Of a stretch of DNA of 64,000 nt, positions 29,747-38,846 are shown one piece after another. Every line of letters starts with the position of its first letter. The first letter of the stretch is position 1. The position numbers and the translations under genes are program-made. The notes below the pieces were generated by a model, which was not told where the DNA came from, searched no databases, and worked only from the letters and a program-made list of their open reading frames with translations. This stretch comes from an uncultured delta proteobacterium. GTDB lineage: Bacteria > Myxococcota > UBA727 > VGSZ01. The stretch lies in assembly GCA_963775425.1 (NCBI GenBank), contig CAVZJB010000004.1, positions 256,001-320,000 on the forward strand. Reading direction: 5' to 3'.

Positions 29747-29883
29747 GCGTCGTCGACGGCGGGGCAAATCGTCGTCGAGGCGGCGAACGTCGTCGTGGGG
29801 TGCGGCGCGGAGAATTTCCGGGCACGTCCGTTCAGTGAGAATTGCGTCGTGGTCGGATCGACGAACGCGTCATAGGGTGACCT

Positions 29884-32172
29884 ATGAAGCTCCGCGCGAC
29901 GCCGGCGATCCGCGTGTACGATTGGATTCGCGGCACGCCGTGGGGCCTCGTCGTCATGGCGCTGATCGTCGGCATCGGCGCGGGGCTCGGCGCCATCGCG
30001 TTCCGCGCGCTCATCGTCGCCTTCACCACGCTGTTCACCGGGCACGGCACGGCCGGCCAGGCCGTGCGAGCGGTTCACCCCTACCTGCCGTTCCTCGGCG
30101 TGTTCTTCGTCGTGCTCGTGCCCATCGTCGGCGGCCTGTTGTACGGCCCGCTGATTCAGCTCTTCGCGCAGGAGGCCCGCGGCCACGGCGTCCCCGAGGT
30201 GATGCTCGCCGTCGCCGAGCGCGGCGGACGCATCCGCGGTCGCGTCGCCGTCATCAAGTCGATCGCGTCCGCGCTGTGCATCGGCGCCGGCGGCTCGGTC
30301 GGCCGCGAGGGCCCCATCGTGCAGATCGGGTCGGCCATGGGCTCGGCGCTCGGCCAGCTCGTCGGCGTCCCCGAGTCACGGCTGCGCCTCCTCGTCGCCT
30401 GCGGCGCCGCGGGCGGCATCTCGGCCACGTTCAACGCGCCCATCGCGGGCGTGATGTTCGGCCTCGAGCTCATCCTGCGCGACTTCGAGGCTGAGTCGTT
30501 CGGCGTCGTCGTCATCTCGTCCGTGGCCGCCGACGCCGTCGGCAGGAGCGCCTTCGGCTCCGAGGCCTTCCTCACGTTGCCGCAGTTCCAGCTCGTCTCC
30601 GTCGGCGAGTTCCCCCTGTACGCCATCCTCGGGCTCCTCGCCGCCTTCGCCGGCGTCGGCTTCATCCGCGGCCTCTACGGCACCGAGGACTTCGTCGACA
30701 AGATCTGGCGCGGGCCCGAGTGGTTGCGCCCGGCCGTCGGCGGCCTCGCGCTCGGCGGTCTCCTGCTCGTGCTGCCGCAACTGTACGGCGTCGGCTACCC
30801 GGGCATCGAAGACGCCATCAACGGCAACTACGGTCTCGTGCTGCTGCTCGCGCTCGTCGTCGGAAAGATCGCCGCCACCAGCGTCACCATCGCCATCGGC
30901 GGATCCGGCGGCGTCTTTGCGCCCTCGATGTTCATGGGCGCGATGCTCGGCACCGCGTACGGCGACGTCGTGCATCGGTTGTTCCCGGGCGCCACCGCGC
31001 CGCCCGGCGCGTACGGCCTCGTCGGCATGGGCGCCGTGTTCGCGGCGGCGGCGCGCGCGCCCATCACGTCGGCGATCATCATCTTCGAGCTCACCGACGA
31101 GTACCGCATCATGCTCCCCATCATGCTCGCGGTCGTCGTCGCCACCGGCGTGAGCAGCGCGCTGTCCAAGGACACCATCTATACGCTCAAGCTGCGCCGC
31201 CGCGGCATCGACGTCCGCCGCGGGCGCGCCGCGAGCTTGATGGAGCTCATCCCCGTCCGCGAGGCGATGCAGGCCGTGCCCAATCCCCTGCCCGCCGACC
31301 TGTCGCTCGCGGAGGCGATGCAGCGGCTCACCCACGAGGACCGCGACGCCCTCCCCGTCGTCGACGGCGCCGGGCGCTACCGCGGCACGGTGAACGCGCG
31401 CAGCCTCGAGGGCGCCGCGCGCGAAAACGCGCTCGACGTACCCGTCTTGCACCTCGCGCTCGACGTGCCGGCCACCCGGGTGAACGCGACGCTCGAGGAC
31501 GCGCTCGGGGCGCTCGTGCGTCACGAGATGCCCGGCATCCCGGTGCTCTCCGAGGACGGCGAGACCATCGCCGGCTGGCTCACGCACAGAGACGTGCTGC
31601 GCGCGTACTACAAGAGGCTCGCCGCGGGCGTCGACCGCGTCGAGGAGAGCGTCGGCGGCGGGCTGCCCGCGGCCGACAGGTTGCGCGGCTACCGCGTCAT
31701 CGAGCTCGCGCTCACGCGCGACCGCTTCCCCGTCGCCAAGGAGCTCGGCGCGCTCGGCTTGCCGACGTCGGCGCTGGTGCTCACGGTCCGGCGCGGAGAC
31801 GACAACATCGATCCCGCCGACAACGTCGTCCTCGAGAAGGGCGACCGCGTCGTCGTCCTCACCCGCGAAGAGACCGCCGCCGCGGTGCAGCGCGCCTTCG
31901 AGCCTCCGACGCCCGCCGCGACGGCGAGCGACGCGACGGCGACCGCCTCGGCGAGCAACACGGCGGCGAGCGACACGGCGGCGAGCGACACCGCGGCGAG
32001 CGACACCGCGGCGGGCGACACGAAGGCGAGCGACACGGCGGCGAGCGACACCGCGGCGAGCGACACCGCGGCGGGCGACACGAAGGCGACCGGCGACACG
32101 CCAGCGCCGCCGCGGCAGCCGGAGGGTGACGCGGCCGAGCCGACGGCGGCGCCGAAGCCCGCCGACGGCTGA
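29884..32172 (+). CDS. ClC chloride channel/antiporter with CBS pair and TrkA_C-like domain
   Basis: GHGVPE, GREGP, TFNAPIAG, GGVFAP; two CBS domains; low-complexity tail. Confidence 0.93.
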   Translation: MKLRATPAIRVYDWIRGTPWGLVVMALIVGIGAGLGAIAFRALIVAFTTLFTGHGTAGQAVRAVHPYLPFLGVFFVVLVPIVGGLLYGPLIQLFAQEARGHGVPEVMLAVAERGGRIRGRVAVIKSIASALCIGAGGSVGREGPIVQIGSAMGSALGQLVGVPESRLRLLVACGAAGGISATFNAPIAGVMFGLELILRDFEAESFGVVVISSVAADAVGRSAFGSEAFLTLPQFQLVSVGEFPLYAILGLLAAFAGVGFIRGLYGTEDFVDKIWRGPEWLRPAVGGLALGGLLLVLPQLYGVGYPGIEDAINGNYGLVLLLALVVGKIAATSVTIAIGGSGGVFAPSMFMGAMLGTAYGDVVHRLFPGATAPPGAYGLVGMGAVFAAAARAPITSAIIIFELTDEYRIMLPIMLAVVVATGVSSALSKDTIYTLKLRRRGIDVRRGRAASLMELIPVREAMQAVPNPLPADLSLAEAMQRLTHEDRDALPVVDGAGRYRGTVNARSLEGAARENALDVPVLHLALDVPATRVNATLEDALGALVRHEMPGIPVLSEDGETIAGWLTHRDVLRAYYKRLAAGVDRVEESVGGGLPAADRLRGYRVIELALTRDRFPVAKELGALGLPTSALVLTVRRGDDNIDPADNVVLEKGDRVVVLTREETAAAVQRAFEPPTPAATASDATATASASNTAASDTAASDTAASDTAAGDTKASDTAASDTAASDTAAGDTKATGDTPAPPRQPEGDAAEPTAAPKPADG
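31951..32085 (+). repeat. Coding 15-nt tandem repeat (ASDTA) with a 60-nt higher-order duplication
   Basis: Nine 15-nt units; 31966-32025 is identical to 32026-32085. Confidence 0.9.
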
Positions 32173-32346
32173 CTCAGCGACCGGAGGGAGCGGCCGCGCT
32201 GACTCAGCGACCGGAGGGAGCGGCCGCGCTGACTCAGCGGCCGAGACGACGGCGGCGCTGACTCAGCGACCGGAGGGAGCGGCCGCGCTGACTCAGCGAC
32301 CGGAGGGAGCGGCCGCGCTGACTCAGCGACCGGAGGGAGCGGCCGC
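32168..32346. repeat. Intergenic tandem array of six ~30-nt units with palindromic core GCTGACTCAGC
   Basis: GCTGACTCAGCGACCGGAGGGAGCGGCCGC five times plus a 29-nt variant as the third unit; lies between convergent genes. Confidence 0.95.
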
Positions 32347-32357
32347 GCGCACCAGGG

Positions 32358-33452
32358 TCAGCGCGCGGTTGCGGTGGAAAACGGCCGGGTCGTCAATTCG
32401 GCGAGCAGCGCTTCCGCGTCGCGATCGCCGGGGACGAGGGCGAGGTAGCCGCGCACCGCCTGCAGCGCGTGCTTTCGGTCCTCCATGCCCATCCAGGCGG
32501 CGGCGATCTCGCGGGTGACGACGAGGTCCGTGGGCGCGATGCGCCGCGCGGACTCCAGGTGATGAAGCGCCTCGTCGTGCGCGCCGATGAGGCGGTTGAA
32601 TGTCACGCCGAGCCCGAAGTGTCCCTCGGGCTCCTCCGGCAGCTCGACCGTGAGCGTCCGATACGCGTCCTCCGCGGCCTCGACGTCGGTGGCGTGCTTG
32701 GCCGCGTCCTTCTCCGCCGCCGCCGCCGCCGCGAACAGCTGCGCGTCGACGAGCAGCGCCTCCTTCTTCGACAGCCGCGGCGAGCCCTTGGCCTTCGCCA
32801 ACGCCTCCGGCGTCTTCAACGCGGCGAGGCAAGGCGCGCACGCCGGGTCGAGCGCCACCGCCGCCGCTGCATCTCCGTCGACGAACGCGGCGTACGCCGC
32901 GGCGTTGTCCGTGGGGGGCACGAAGCGCGGCACCGGCCCCGCCGAGAGCCGCTTCGCCACCTGCTCCGCCAGCGCCTGCACACCGTCGGCGTCGAGGCTC
33001 GTGCGCTCGCCGCCGTCGACGAGCTCCGCGTGCCACGCGCCCCCCTCCGCCGACACGCGCACCCACGCGCGCAACGCGATGGCGCCGGCGACGTCGGCTT
33101 CGCTCGCCGGACCGTGGCGCGACAAGATCTTGCGGCGCGCTTGCACCTCCGCCACCGGCGCCACCGTGATGCCCGGCGTGGCCGAGAGCGCGCGGGACAG
33201 CGCGTCGCTCGCAGGCGTCCGCGGGCTCCACTCCGCCCCGCCGTCGACGACGGCGATGCGCGCGCCCGACCCGCGCGGCCCCCGCTGCGTGATCTTCCCG
33301 GCGAGGATCCCGACGAAGCTGCCCACGGCGACCACGAAGGCGACGCCGACGGGCACCGCCCAGTTGCGGCGCTTGACCGCGGGCGACGCCGCGTGCGGGC
33401 TCGCGGCTTGCTCACCGGGCTCAGGGGGCTCAGGGGCGTCGACGACGGCCAT
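32358..33452 (-). CDS. Membrane-anchored TPR protein
   Basis: One N-terminal TM segment; C-terminal TPRs (PEGHFGLGVTF, EALHHLESARRIAP). Confidence 0.75.
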   Translation of the reverse strand: MAVVDAPEPPEPGEQAASPHAASPAVKRRNWAVPVGVAFVVAVGSFVGILAGKITQRGPRGSGARIAVVDGGAEWSPRTPASDALSRALSATPGITVAPVAEVQARRKILSRHGPASEADVAGAIALRAWVRVSAEGGAWHAELVDGGERTSLDADGVQALAEQVAKRLSAGPVPRFVPPTDNAAAYAAFVDGDAAAAVALDPACAPCLAALKTPEALAKAKGSPRLSKKEALLVDAQLFAAAAAAEKDAAKHATDVEAAEDAYRTLTVELPEEPEGHFGLGVTFNRLIGAHDEALHHLESARRIAPTDLVVTREIAAAWMGMEDRKHALQAVRGYLALVPGDRDAEALLAELTTRPFSTATAR

Positions 33453-33455
33453 GGC

Positions 33456-34007
33456 TCACCCTCCCGGCGCGCGCGCCGCGACGAGCTGGTCGACGAGCCA
33501 GGCGGCGAGCGGCGCGGTGGTGTCGCCGTGCTCCTGGAAGTGCCCCCGCGACACGAGCCCGGTGCACACGGCGTCGACGGTGGCGTCGGCGGTGATCTGC
33601 GTGCCCGCGTGCGCCCCGGGGAGCTGCAGCGTCATGTGCGTGCCGAGGCCCTCGTGCGAATAAAGCGGCGTCCAGCGCTCGTCCGCCGACGTCAGCGTCA
33701 TGCGCACCAGGGCGCTGTCGTGCTGCGGCGGGCCGTCGACGAATTTCGCGTGCGGCATGCGCTCTTGCAGCTCCGCCTTGAACGCGTCGCGCAGCCCGCT
33801 CAGGAACGCCTTGTCGCCGCCGTGGACCTGAAACGCCACCGGCGCGTCCTCGGCGAGGTGGCCGCGGGTGCTGATGGCGCGGGTCTTCTCGTCCGACTTG
33901 TCGATGGTGGTCTTGCACGAGGCGACGTGCAGCGGCGTGAACATCTCGACGAGGAACAGGCCCATCACGAGGAGCATGCCGATCTGAAGCGCGCGGCGCG
34001 TGTTCAT
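33456..34007 (-). CDS. Hypothetical exported or membrane protein
   Basis: ATG 34007, hydrophobic N-terminus, tight spacing with both neighbours. Confidence 0.65.
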   Translation of the reverse strand: MNTRRALQIGMLLVMGLFLVEMFTPLHVASCKTTIDKSDEKTRAISTRGHLAEDAPVAFQVHGGDKAFLSGLRDAFKAELQERMPHAKFVDGPPQHDSALVRMTLTSADERWTPLYSHEGLGTHMTLQLPGAHAGTQITADATVDAVCTGLVSRGHFQEHGDTTAPLAAWLVDQLVAARAPGG

Positions 34008-34054
34008 GGTGCCGTCATACTGCGCATCCTCCGGCGATGCACCCACGGCGCTGC

Positions 34055-34987
34055 TCAATCGTCCCCGAAGATGCCCATGAGCGAGGCCTTCTTGTCCGAG
34101 CCTTCCTGCCCCATCTCGGCGAGCACGGCGCAGGCGACCAGGCTCGGCATGAAGCTCTTCGGCACCTTGTCGGGGTCGACGCGGATGTGGAGGCGGTTGG
34201 CGCCGGCGAGGAAAGCGCCGAGGCCGGACCAGCCGCGCTGGATCTCGCCTGCGGGCTCGTCGAACGGGTCGAGGATCTGCAACGTGAACGGGTGCAGCAG
34301 CGGCCACTTCACCGTGAGGCTCGCGCGGTCGAACGTGGACACGACGCGGAACCTGGGCTTCAAGATGCCGAATTTGGTCTCGATGTGCCCGACCTGCCCG
34401 CCGGTGGCGTCGAGGATCGCCACCTGGTCTCCGAAGAAGCGCGGGTCACGCCGGAACGTCAGGCGGCCGCCGCTCGCGTCGACGACGTCGAAGTGCAGCG
34501 TCGGCCGAAAGCCGCCGCTCTTGAATTGCTCGAGCATCTCGTGCTCGCGCTGGACGATCTCGCCGATCTGCTTTCCGTCGGGCGAGCGCAACGTGTAGTT
34601 CCGCCGCACGAGGCTACCCAAAAGCGGCGCGAGGCCCGTCTCCTCGACGATGACCTCGGTGCGCTCCGTCAGCGCCCCCGACGACGGCGTCCCCGACGAC
34701 GGCGACGACCCCAGATCGCGCTCGAAGATGCCCGACGCCACGGAGCCGACCACCACCGGCACGTCGTCGTCATCGCCCGCGGGCCCTGCGCCGAACGATC
34801 GAGCGGCGGCCCGCTCCGCGTCCTCCCGCTCGAGCCGGGCCACGACGAGCTTGCGCACCTGCTCCCATTCGTCGCCGTCGATCACGCCGTTTCCGTCGGT
34901 GTCGAAGCGGGCGCGGACGGCGGCGTCGCTCTGGATGAGCGCGCGCATCTTCTTGAGCTCTTCGCGAAGCCGGGCCTGGTCCACCAT
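34055..34987 (-). CDS. EF-hand plus phospholipid scramblase/LURP-one-like protein
   Basis: Canonical EF loop DTDGNGVIDGDE; repeated beta units (DATGGQVGHIETKFGILKPRF, GEIQRGWSGL) ending in a hydrophobic helix. Confidence 0.7.
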   Translation of the reverse strand: MVDQARLREELKKMRALIQSDAAVRARFDTDGNGVIDGDEWEQVRKLVVARLEREDAERAAARSFGAGPAGDDDDVPVVVGSVASGIFERDLGSSPSSGTPSSGALTERTEVIVEETGLAPLLGSLVRRNYTLRSPDGKQIGEIVQREHEMLEQFKSGGFRPTLHFDVVDASGGRLTFRRDPRFFGDQVAILDATGGQVGHIETKFGILKPRFRVVSTFDRASLTVKWPLLHPFTLQILDPFDEPAGEIQRGWSGLGAFLAGANRLHIRVDPDKVPKSFMPSLVACAVLAEMGQEGSDKKASLMGIFGDD

Positions 34988-35039
34988 GTGTCCTCCGGGC
35001 TCGAGGATAGCGGACGCTCCGGCGCGCTCGACGGGCGCG

Positions 35040-35073
35040 CGCGTTCCAAGAATCGCGCGCCGTTTGGAACGCG
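35040..35073. promoter_or_regulatory. Perfect 10-bp inverted repeat upstream of the scramblase-like gene
   Basis: CGCGTTCCAA-N14-TTGGAACGCG. Confidence 0.4.
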
Positions 35074-35119
35074 GTCGCTGCTCCGGTCGCCACGGAACGG
35101 GCCGCCCTCTCCGTCGCCG

Positions 35120-36931
35120 TCAGAACGCGGCGGCGCCGCGCTGCGTGCGGATCTTCTCCACGAGGCGCGAGATGAAGAGGCGCAGCGCGGGGTCGGGCTC
35201 CTGGCGGCGGTTTCTCTCGAGCGCGGAGAGCATGCGCTCCTGCGCGTTCTGCTCGAGGAGGCCCCGCGTGCGCTCGCCCTGGCCGCCGGCGTTGCTGCGC
35301 ACGACGTCGAGGAGGAACTCGCAGGCCTCGTCGGTGCCGATGGCGGCGATGGACTTCAAGCAGGCCGTTCGCACCTCGGCCTCGTCGTGGGAGTTGAAGA
35401 TGCGGACGAGGCTGTCGAGCGCGGTGTTGAACGTCATGCGCCGCAGGGCGACCACCCCCGCCTCGCGCACGCGTCCGCCGGCGGACAGCGCGCGGTCGAC
35501 GAGGGCGAACGCCTCCTTCTGCTTGAGCGCGCAGCCGCGGTCGACGACGAGCACCTTGGTGTCCTCGTCGCCCTGTTCGAACAGCGCCACCAACGGCCGC
35601 ACCGCTGCCTTGTGCCCGAGCTCGCCGATCTTCTCGATGAGGCCCGGCGGCACGCGCTTGGGATCGCCCCCGGCGGCGACGTGGTCGTCCCACGCGAGCG
35701 CGATGAGCAGCGCCTTCCTGCGCTGCACCTCCCAGACCTCCTTGTGGTCGCCGACGAGGCGCCCGATGGCGTCGGGGATGTCGCTGCCGCTCTCGGCCTC
35801 CAGCAGATCGTCGATCCAGATCTCGCGCATGGGCAGCCGGCGCCGGAAGTACTCGGGGAACGGCGGCGGCGGCTCCCGGTTCCCGCCGGCGATCTTCTTC
35901 AGGTCCTTGGCGAGCTCGCTGTAGCGCGTCTTCTTCTTCTCGATGAGGTCGAGCTCGCCGAGCTGCGCGTAGCACTCGGCGACGTTGACGTCGTCCTGCA
36001 CGCGGTTGAAGCAGCCGACCGCCGCGAGGAGCGCATTTTCGACGAGCTCCGGCGGCTGACCCTTGTCGTGCGCGTTCTTGGCGACGCGCAGCCACGCCTG
36101 CCCCGCCTCCGCGAGGAAGAAGTCGGCGTAGATGAAGCCGACGCGTTTGGCGTACTCGCCGGCCTCGCGGTGCAGCTCGGCGACGGAGTGCAGCTCGCCG
36201 AGCTCCTCGGAGTGCGCGATGAAGTCGTAGTAGTACTGCATGGTGAAGAAGCGATCGTTCTTCGCCTTGAGGATGCGGATGCAGTTCAGGTACCCCTCGG
36301 CGAAGGGCTCGTACGACTTCTCGACCTTCCCGATCTGCACCATGGACAGGTAGCAGCGAAAGGCCGCGTCCCTGTCGCCGGCCTGCTCGCGCTTGTCCCC
36401 CTCCTCCTCGAGGAGCCGCGTGGCCAGCGAGAGCTGCGCCCGCGCCCGCTCCTCCTGGTTGAGCTTGGTGGCCAGGCGCCCCGCGTTGAGCGCCGCGAGG
36501 CCGGCGAGGTACGGCTCGCCCGTGGCCTCCTTGGTGCGCCCGAGCTGCTCGTAGAGGTTCAGGGCCTCGGCGCCGGCGCCGGCCTCTTCGGCGGCGCGGG
36601 CGGCGTGGGCGAACAGCGAAGCCTCGCGGTAGCGCTGCGACGCCTCGCCCAGGCGGCGGCCGAAGCGCAGGACGCGGCCGCGGTCGCGGGCGGTGCCGTG
36701 CTCCTTGTAGAGCTGGAGCGCCGGGTCGATGTTCAGGAGGTACTCGTGCACCCGCGCGGCCGAGAGCTGCCGGCCGAGGCGGGCGTACAGGTAGGCGAGC
36801 TCGCGGGCCCAGTCCGAGTAGTCGGCCTCGTCGACGTGCGTCTGGCCCAACAGATCCCGCCACGCCGCCGCCGCCTCGGGCGACTGACCGAGGTGCCTCG
36901 CGCGCTGGACGGCCTCTGCGATGTAGCTCAT
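35120..36931 (-). CDS. Alpha-helical repeat protein (TPR/SNAP-like N-terminus, HEAT-like C-terminus)
   Basis: ATG 36931; 603 aa all-helical; HEAT-like VRPLVALF, EVRTACLKSIAAIG. Confidence 0.8.
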   Translation of the reverse strand: MSYIAEAVQRARHLGQSPEAAAAWRDLLGQTHVDEADYSDWARELAYLYARLGRQLSAARVHEYLLNIDPALQLYKEHGTARDRGRVLRFGRRLGEASQRYREASLFAHAARAAEEAGAGAEALNLYEQLGRTKEATGEPYLAGLAALNAGRLATKLNQEERARAQLSLATRLLEEEGDKREQAGDRDAAFRCYLSMVQIGKVEKSYEPFAEGYLNCIRILKAKNDRFFTMQYYYDFIAHSEELGELHSVAELHREAGEYAKRVGFIYADFFLAEAGQAWLRVAKNAHDKGQPPELVENALLAAVGCFNRVQDDVNVAECYAQLGELDLIEKKKTRYSELAKDLKKIAGGNREPPPPFPEYFRRRLPMREIWIDDLLEAESGSDIPDAIGRLVGDHKEVWEVQRRKALLIALAWDDHVAAGGDPKRVPPGLIEKIGELGHKAAVRPLVALFEQGDEDTKVLVVDRGCALKQKEAFALVDRALSAGGRVREAGVVALRRMTFNTALDSLVRIFNSHDEAEVRTACLKSIAAIGTDEACEFLLDVVRSNAGGQGERTRGLLEQNAQERMLSALERNRRQEPDPALRLFISRLVEKIRTQRGAAAF

Positions 36932-36985
36932 GCGATGTAGGACATCCCTGTGGCCGGAGCCGTTGTGGCGAGCTAAACGTGTAGC

Positions 36986-37912
36986 ATGCGCCTCCCCCTC
37001 GTGTTCCTCCTTGTGGCAACGGCCGTCGGCGGATGCCAGTGCCACATCGACAACAACAACCTCAACCAGATCACTGACGCCGGGACCCCACCGCACGACG
37101 CGGGCCCGCCGCCGCCCACGTTCCCGTTGAAGGTCGGCGACAGCCTCATCTATCCCGTGCTCGGCGGGCGCACGCAGGACAACTGCGACGGCCACAGCAC
37201 GCCGGGTGACTGCCAGCGGAACATCAAGGCGCAGTACGACGTCAAGGCCGTCAAGTTCGACACGGCCAGCAACCGTTGGACCATCACCGCCGACGCCACC
37301 TACCAGGGCAGCGAGGGTGACCTCATCACCGCCGCCACCCTCGCGCCGCTGGTCCTCGAAAACGGCGCGCCGTTTTCCACCACGAGCTTCGACTCGCCCA
37401 CGCAGGCGCCCAACTCGGACTTCACCACCGACGCGCCGGCCACGGACCAGCTCACGCCCAACGGCTTCCCCTTCTTCCAGTTCGACAGCGGCGACGCGCA
37501 GGTCTTCGAGACTGCCGGCGGCACGTTCTGCGACCGCTACCGCACGCTCGACGCCGACGCCAACTGCAAGGTGCAGGCGGCGGATCAAAAGCAGGAGGTC
37601 TTCTACAAGGACGACCAGGCCGGCGGCGCCGCCGAGCTGCACCACGTGCGCGTCGAGTACCACGAGATGGGCATGGTCTGCGGGTGGGACGAGGCGCTCA
37701 TCCCGTTCACCGACGGCATCGCGAGAGACCAGAGCTCGTTCGGCCCCGCCGACACGCCGGACATCGCCGCGAGCTTCTTCCAGCCGAGCCTCGTGCGCGA
37801 CGGCGTCACCTACCAGTGCTCATGCTTCACGCAGCTCTGCTCGTCGGGGAACGGCGCCGACAAGAAGTGCCTGACCACGGATCCCGACGCCGCCCCGGGC
37901 CCCTGCCCGTGA
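36986..37912 (+). CDS. Putative lipoprotein, Cys-containing
   Basis: Leader ending VGGCQC followed by a DAGTPP linker. Confidence 0.75.
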   Translation: MRLPLVFLLVATAVGGCQCHIDNNNLNQITDAGTPPHDAGPPPPTFPLKVGDSLIYPVLGGRTQDNCDGHSTPGDCQRNIKAQYDVKAVKFDTASNRWTITADATYQGSEGDLITAATLAPLVLENGAPFSTTSFDSPTQAPNSDFTTDAPATDQLTPNGFPFFQFDSGDAQVFETAGGTFCDRYRTLDADANCKVQAADQKQEVFYKDDQAGGAAELHHVRVEYHEMGMVCGWDEALIPFTDGIARDQSSFGPADTPDIAASFFQPSLVRDGVTYQCSCFTQLCSSGNGADKKCLTTDPDAAPGPCP

Positions 37913-37916
37913 CCCC

Positions 37917-38573
37917 GTGAGGTGCATCGTCGCCTTCGACCTCGACGGCACGCTGGTCGACTCGGTCGGTGACATCGCCCGGGCGCTCAACGGCGCGCTC
38001 GCCGAGCTCGACCTCGCGCCCGTCGACGTCGACGTCGTGCGCGGCTTCGTCGGCAACGGCTCGCGCATGCTGATGCAGCGCGCGCTCCACAGCCGCACGG
38101 GCCGGGCGCCGGCCCCCGCGGCGGTGGACGACGCCCTGGCGCGGTTTCGCGCCCACTACGAGCGCGCGCTCGTCGGGGAGACGCGGCCCTTCGAGGGGAT
38201 CCCGGCGGCGCTGGCGGCGCTCAAGGATCGCGCGCTGTTGGCGGTGGCGACCAACAAGCCCGCGGCCTTCGCGCGGCCCATCGTCGAGGCGCTGATGCCG
38301 GGCGTGTTCTCCCTCGTCGTCGGGCCCGAGGACGCCGGCGGCGCGCTCAAGCCCGATCCGGCGATGCTGCGCCACATCGAGCGCACCCTCGAGGGAGAGC
38401 TCGCCGCGTTCGTGGGGGACTCCGGCGTCGACGTCGCCACCGCCAAGAACGCGGGCGTCCCCGTCATCGGCGTCGCCTGGGGCCTGCGCCCTGACGAGCT
38501 TGCCGGCGCCGACGCCGTCGCGCCCGAGCCCGCCGCGCTGCCGTCGGTGCTCGCCCGCGTCCTCGCCGGCTGA
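37917..38573 (+). CDS. gph: HAD-family phosphatase, phosphoglycolate phosphatase-like
   Basis: FDLDGTLVDS, ATNKP, KPDP, VGDSGVD. Confidence 0.85.
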   Translation: MRCIVAFDLDGTLVDSVGDIARALNGALAELDLAPVDVDVVRGFVGNGSRMLMQRALHSRTGRAPAPAAVDDALARFRAHYERALVGETRPFEGIPAALAALKDRALLAVATNKPAAFARPIVEALMPGVFSLVVGPEDAGGALKPDPAMLRHIERTLEGELAAFVGDSGVDVATAKNAGVPVIGVAWGLRPDELAGADAVAPEPAALPSVLARVLAG

Positions 38574-38582
38574 CCCCGCATC

Positions 38583-38813
38583 GGACAACGCCCGTCGGGG
38601 ACAACGCCCGTCGGGCGGGTGCGCGTCCCCGCGTCGGGGACAACGCCCGTCGGGCGGGTGCGCGTCCCCGCGTCGGGGACAACGCCCGTCGGGCGGGTGC
38701 GCGTCCCCGCGTCGGGGACAACGCCCGTCGGGCGGGTGCGCGTCCCCGCGTCGGGGACAACGCCCGTCGGGCGGGGGACAACGGTCGTAGGGCGGGGGCT
38801 TGTCCCCCGCGTC
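38583..38813. repeat. Intergenic 39-nt tandem hairpin array
   Basis: GTCGGGGACAACGCCCGTCGGGCGGGTGCGCGTCCCCGC four times (38594-38749) with partial or degenerate flanking copies. Confidence 0.95.
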
Positions 38814-38846
38814 GGAAGCGTCGAGAGTGCGGGCCACGGAGGTCCC

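Noticed and set aside
29747-29883. Fluoride riboswitch ahead of the ClC gene
   Set aside because: No recognisable consensus, and the protein has GHGVPE/GREGP rather than fluoride-type motifs.
32168-32346. CRISPR array
   Set aside because: Units are only 30 nt in total, five of six linkers are identical, and there are no cas genes.
35064-35080. Sigma54 promoter (TGGAACG-N3-TCGCT)
   Set aside because: Two mismatches and it points antisense to the flanking genes; kept only as an inverted repeat.
38594-38749. CRISPR array or a real N-terminal extension of ArgD
   Set aside because: No unique spacers; ATG 38847 with a GGAGG site gives a normal-length ArgD.
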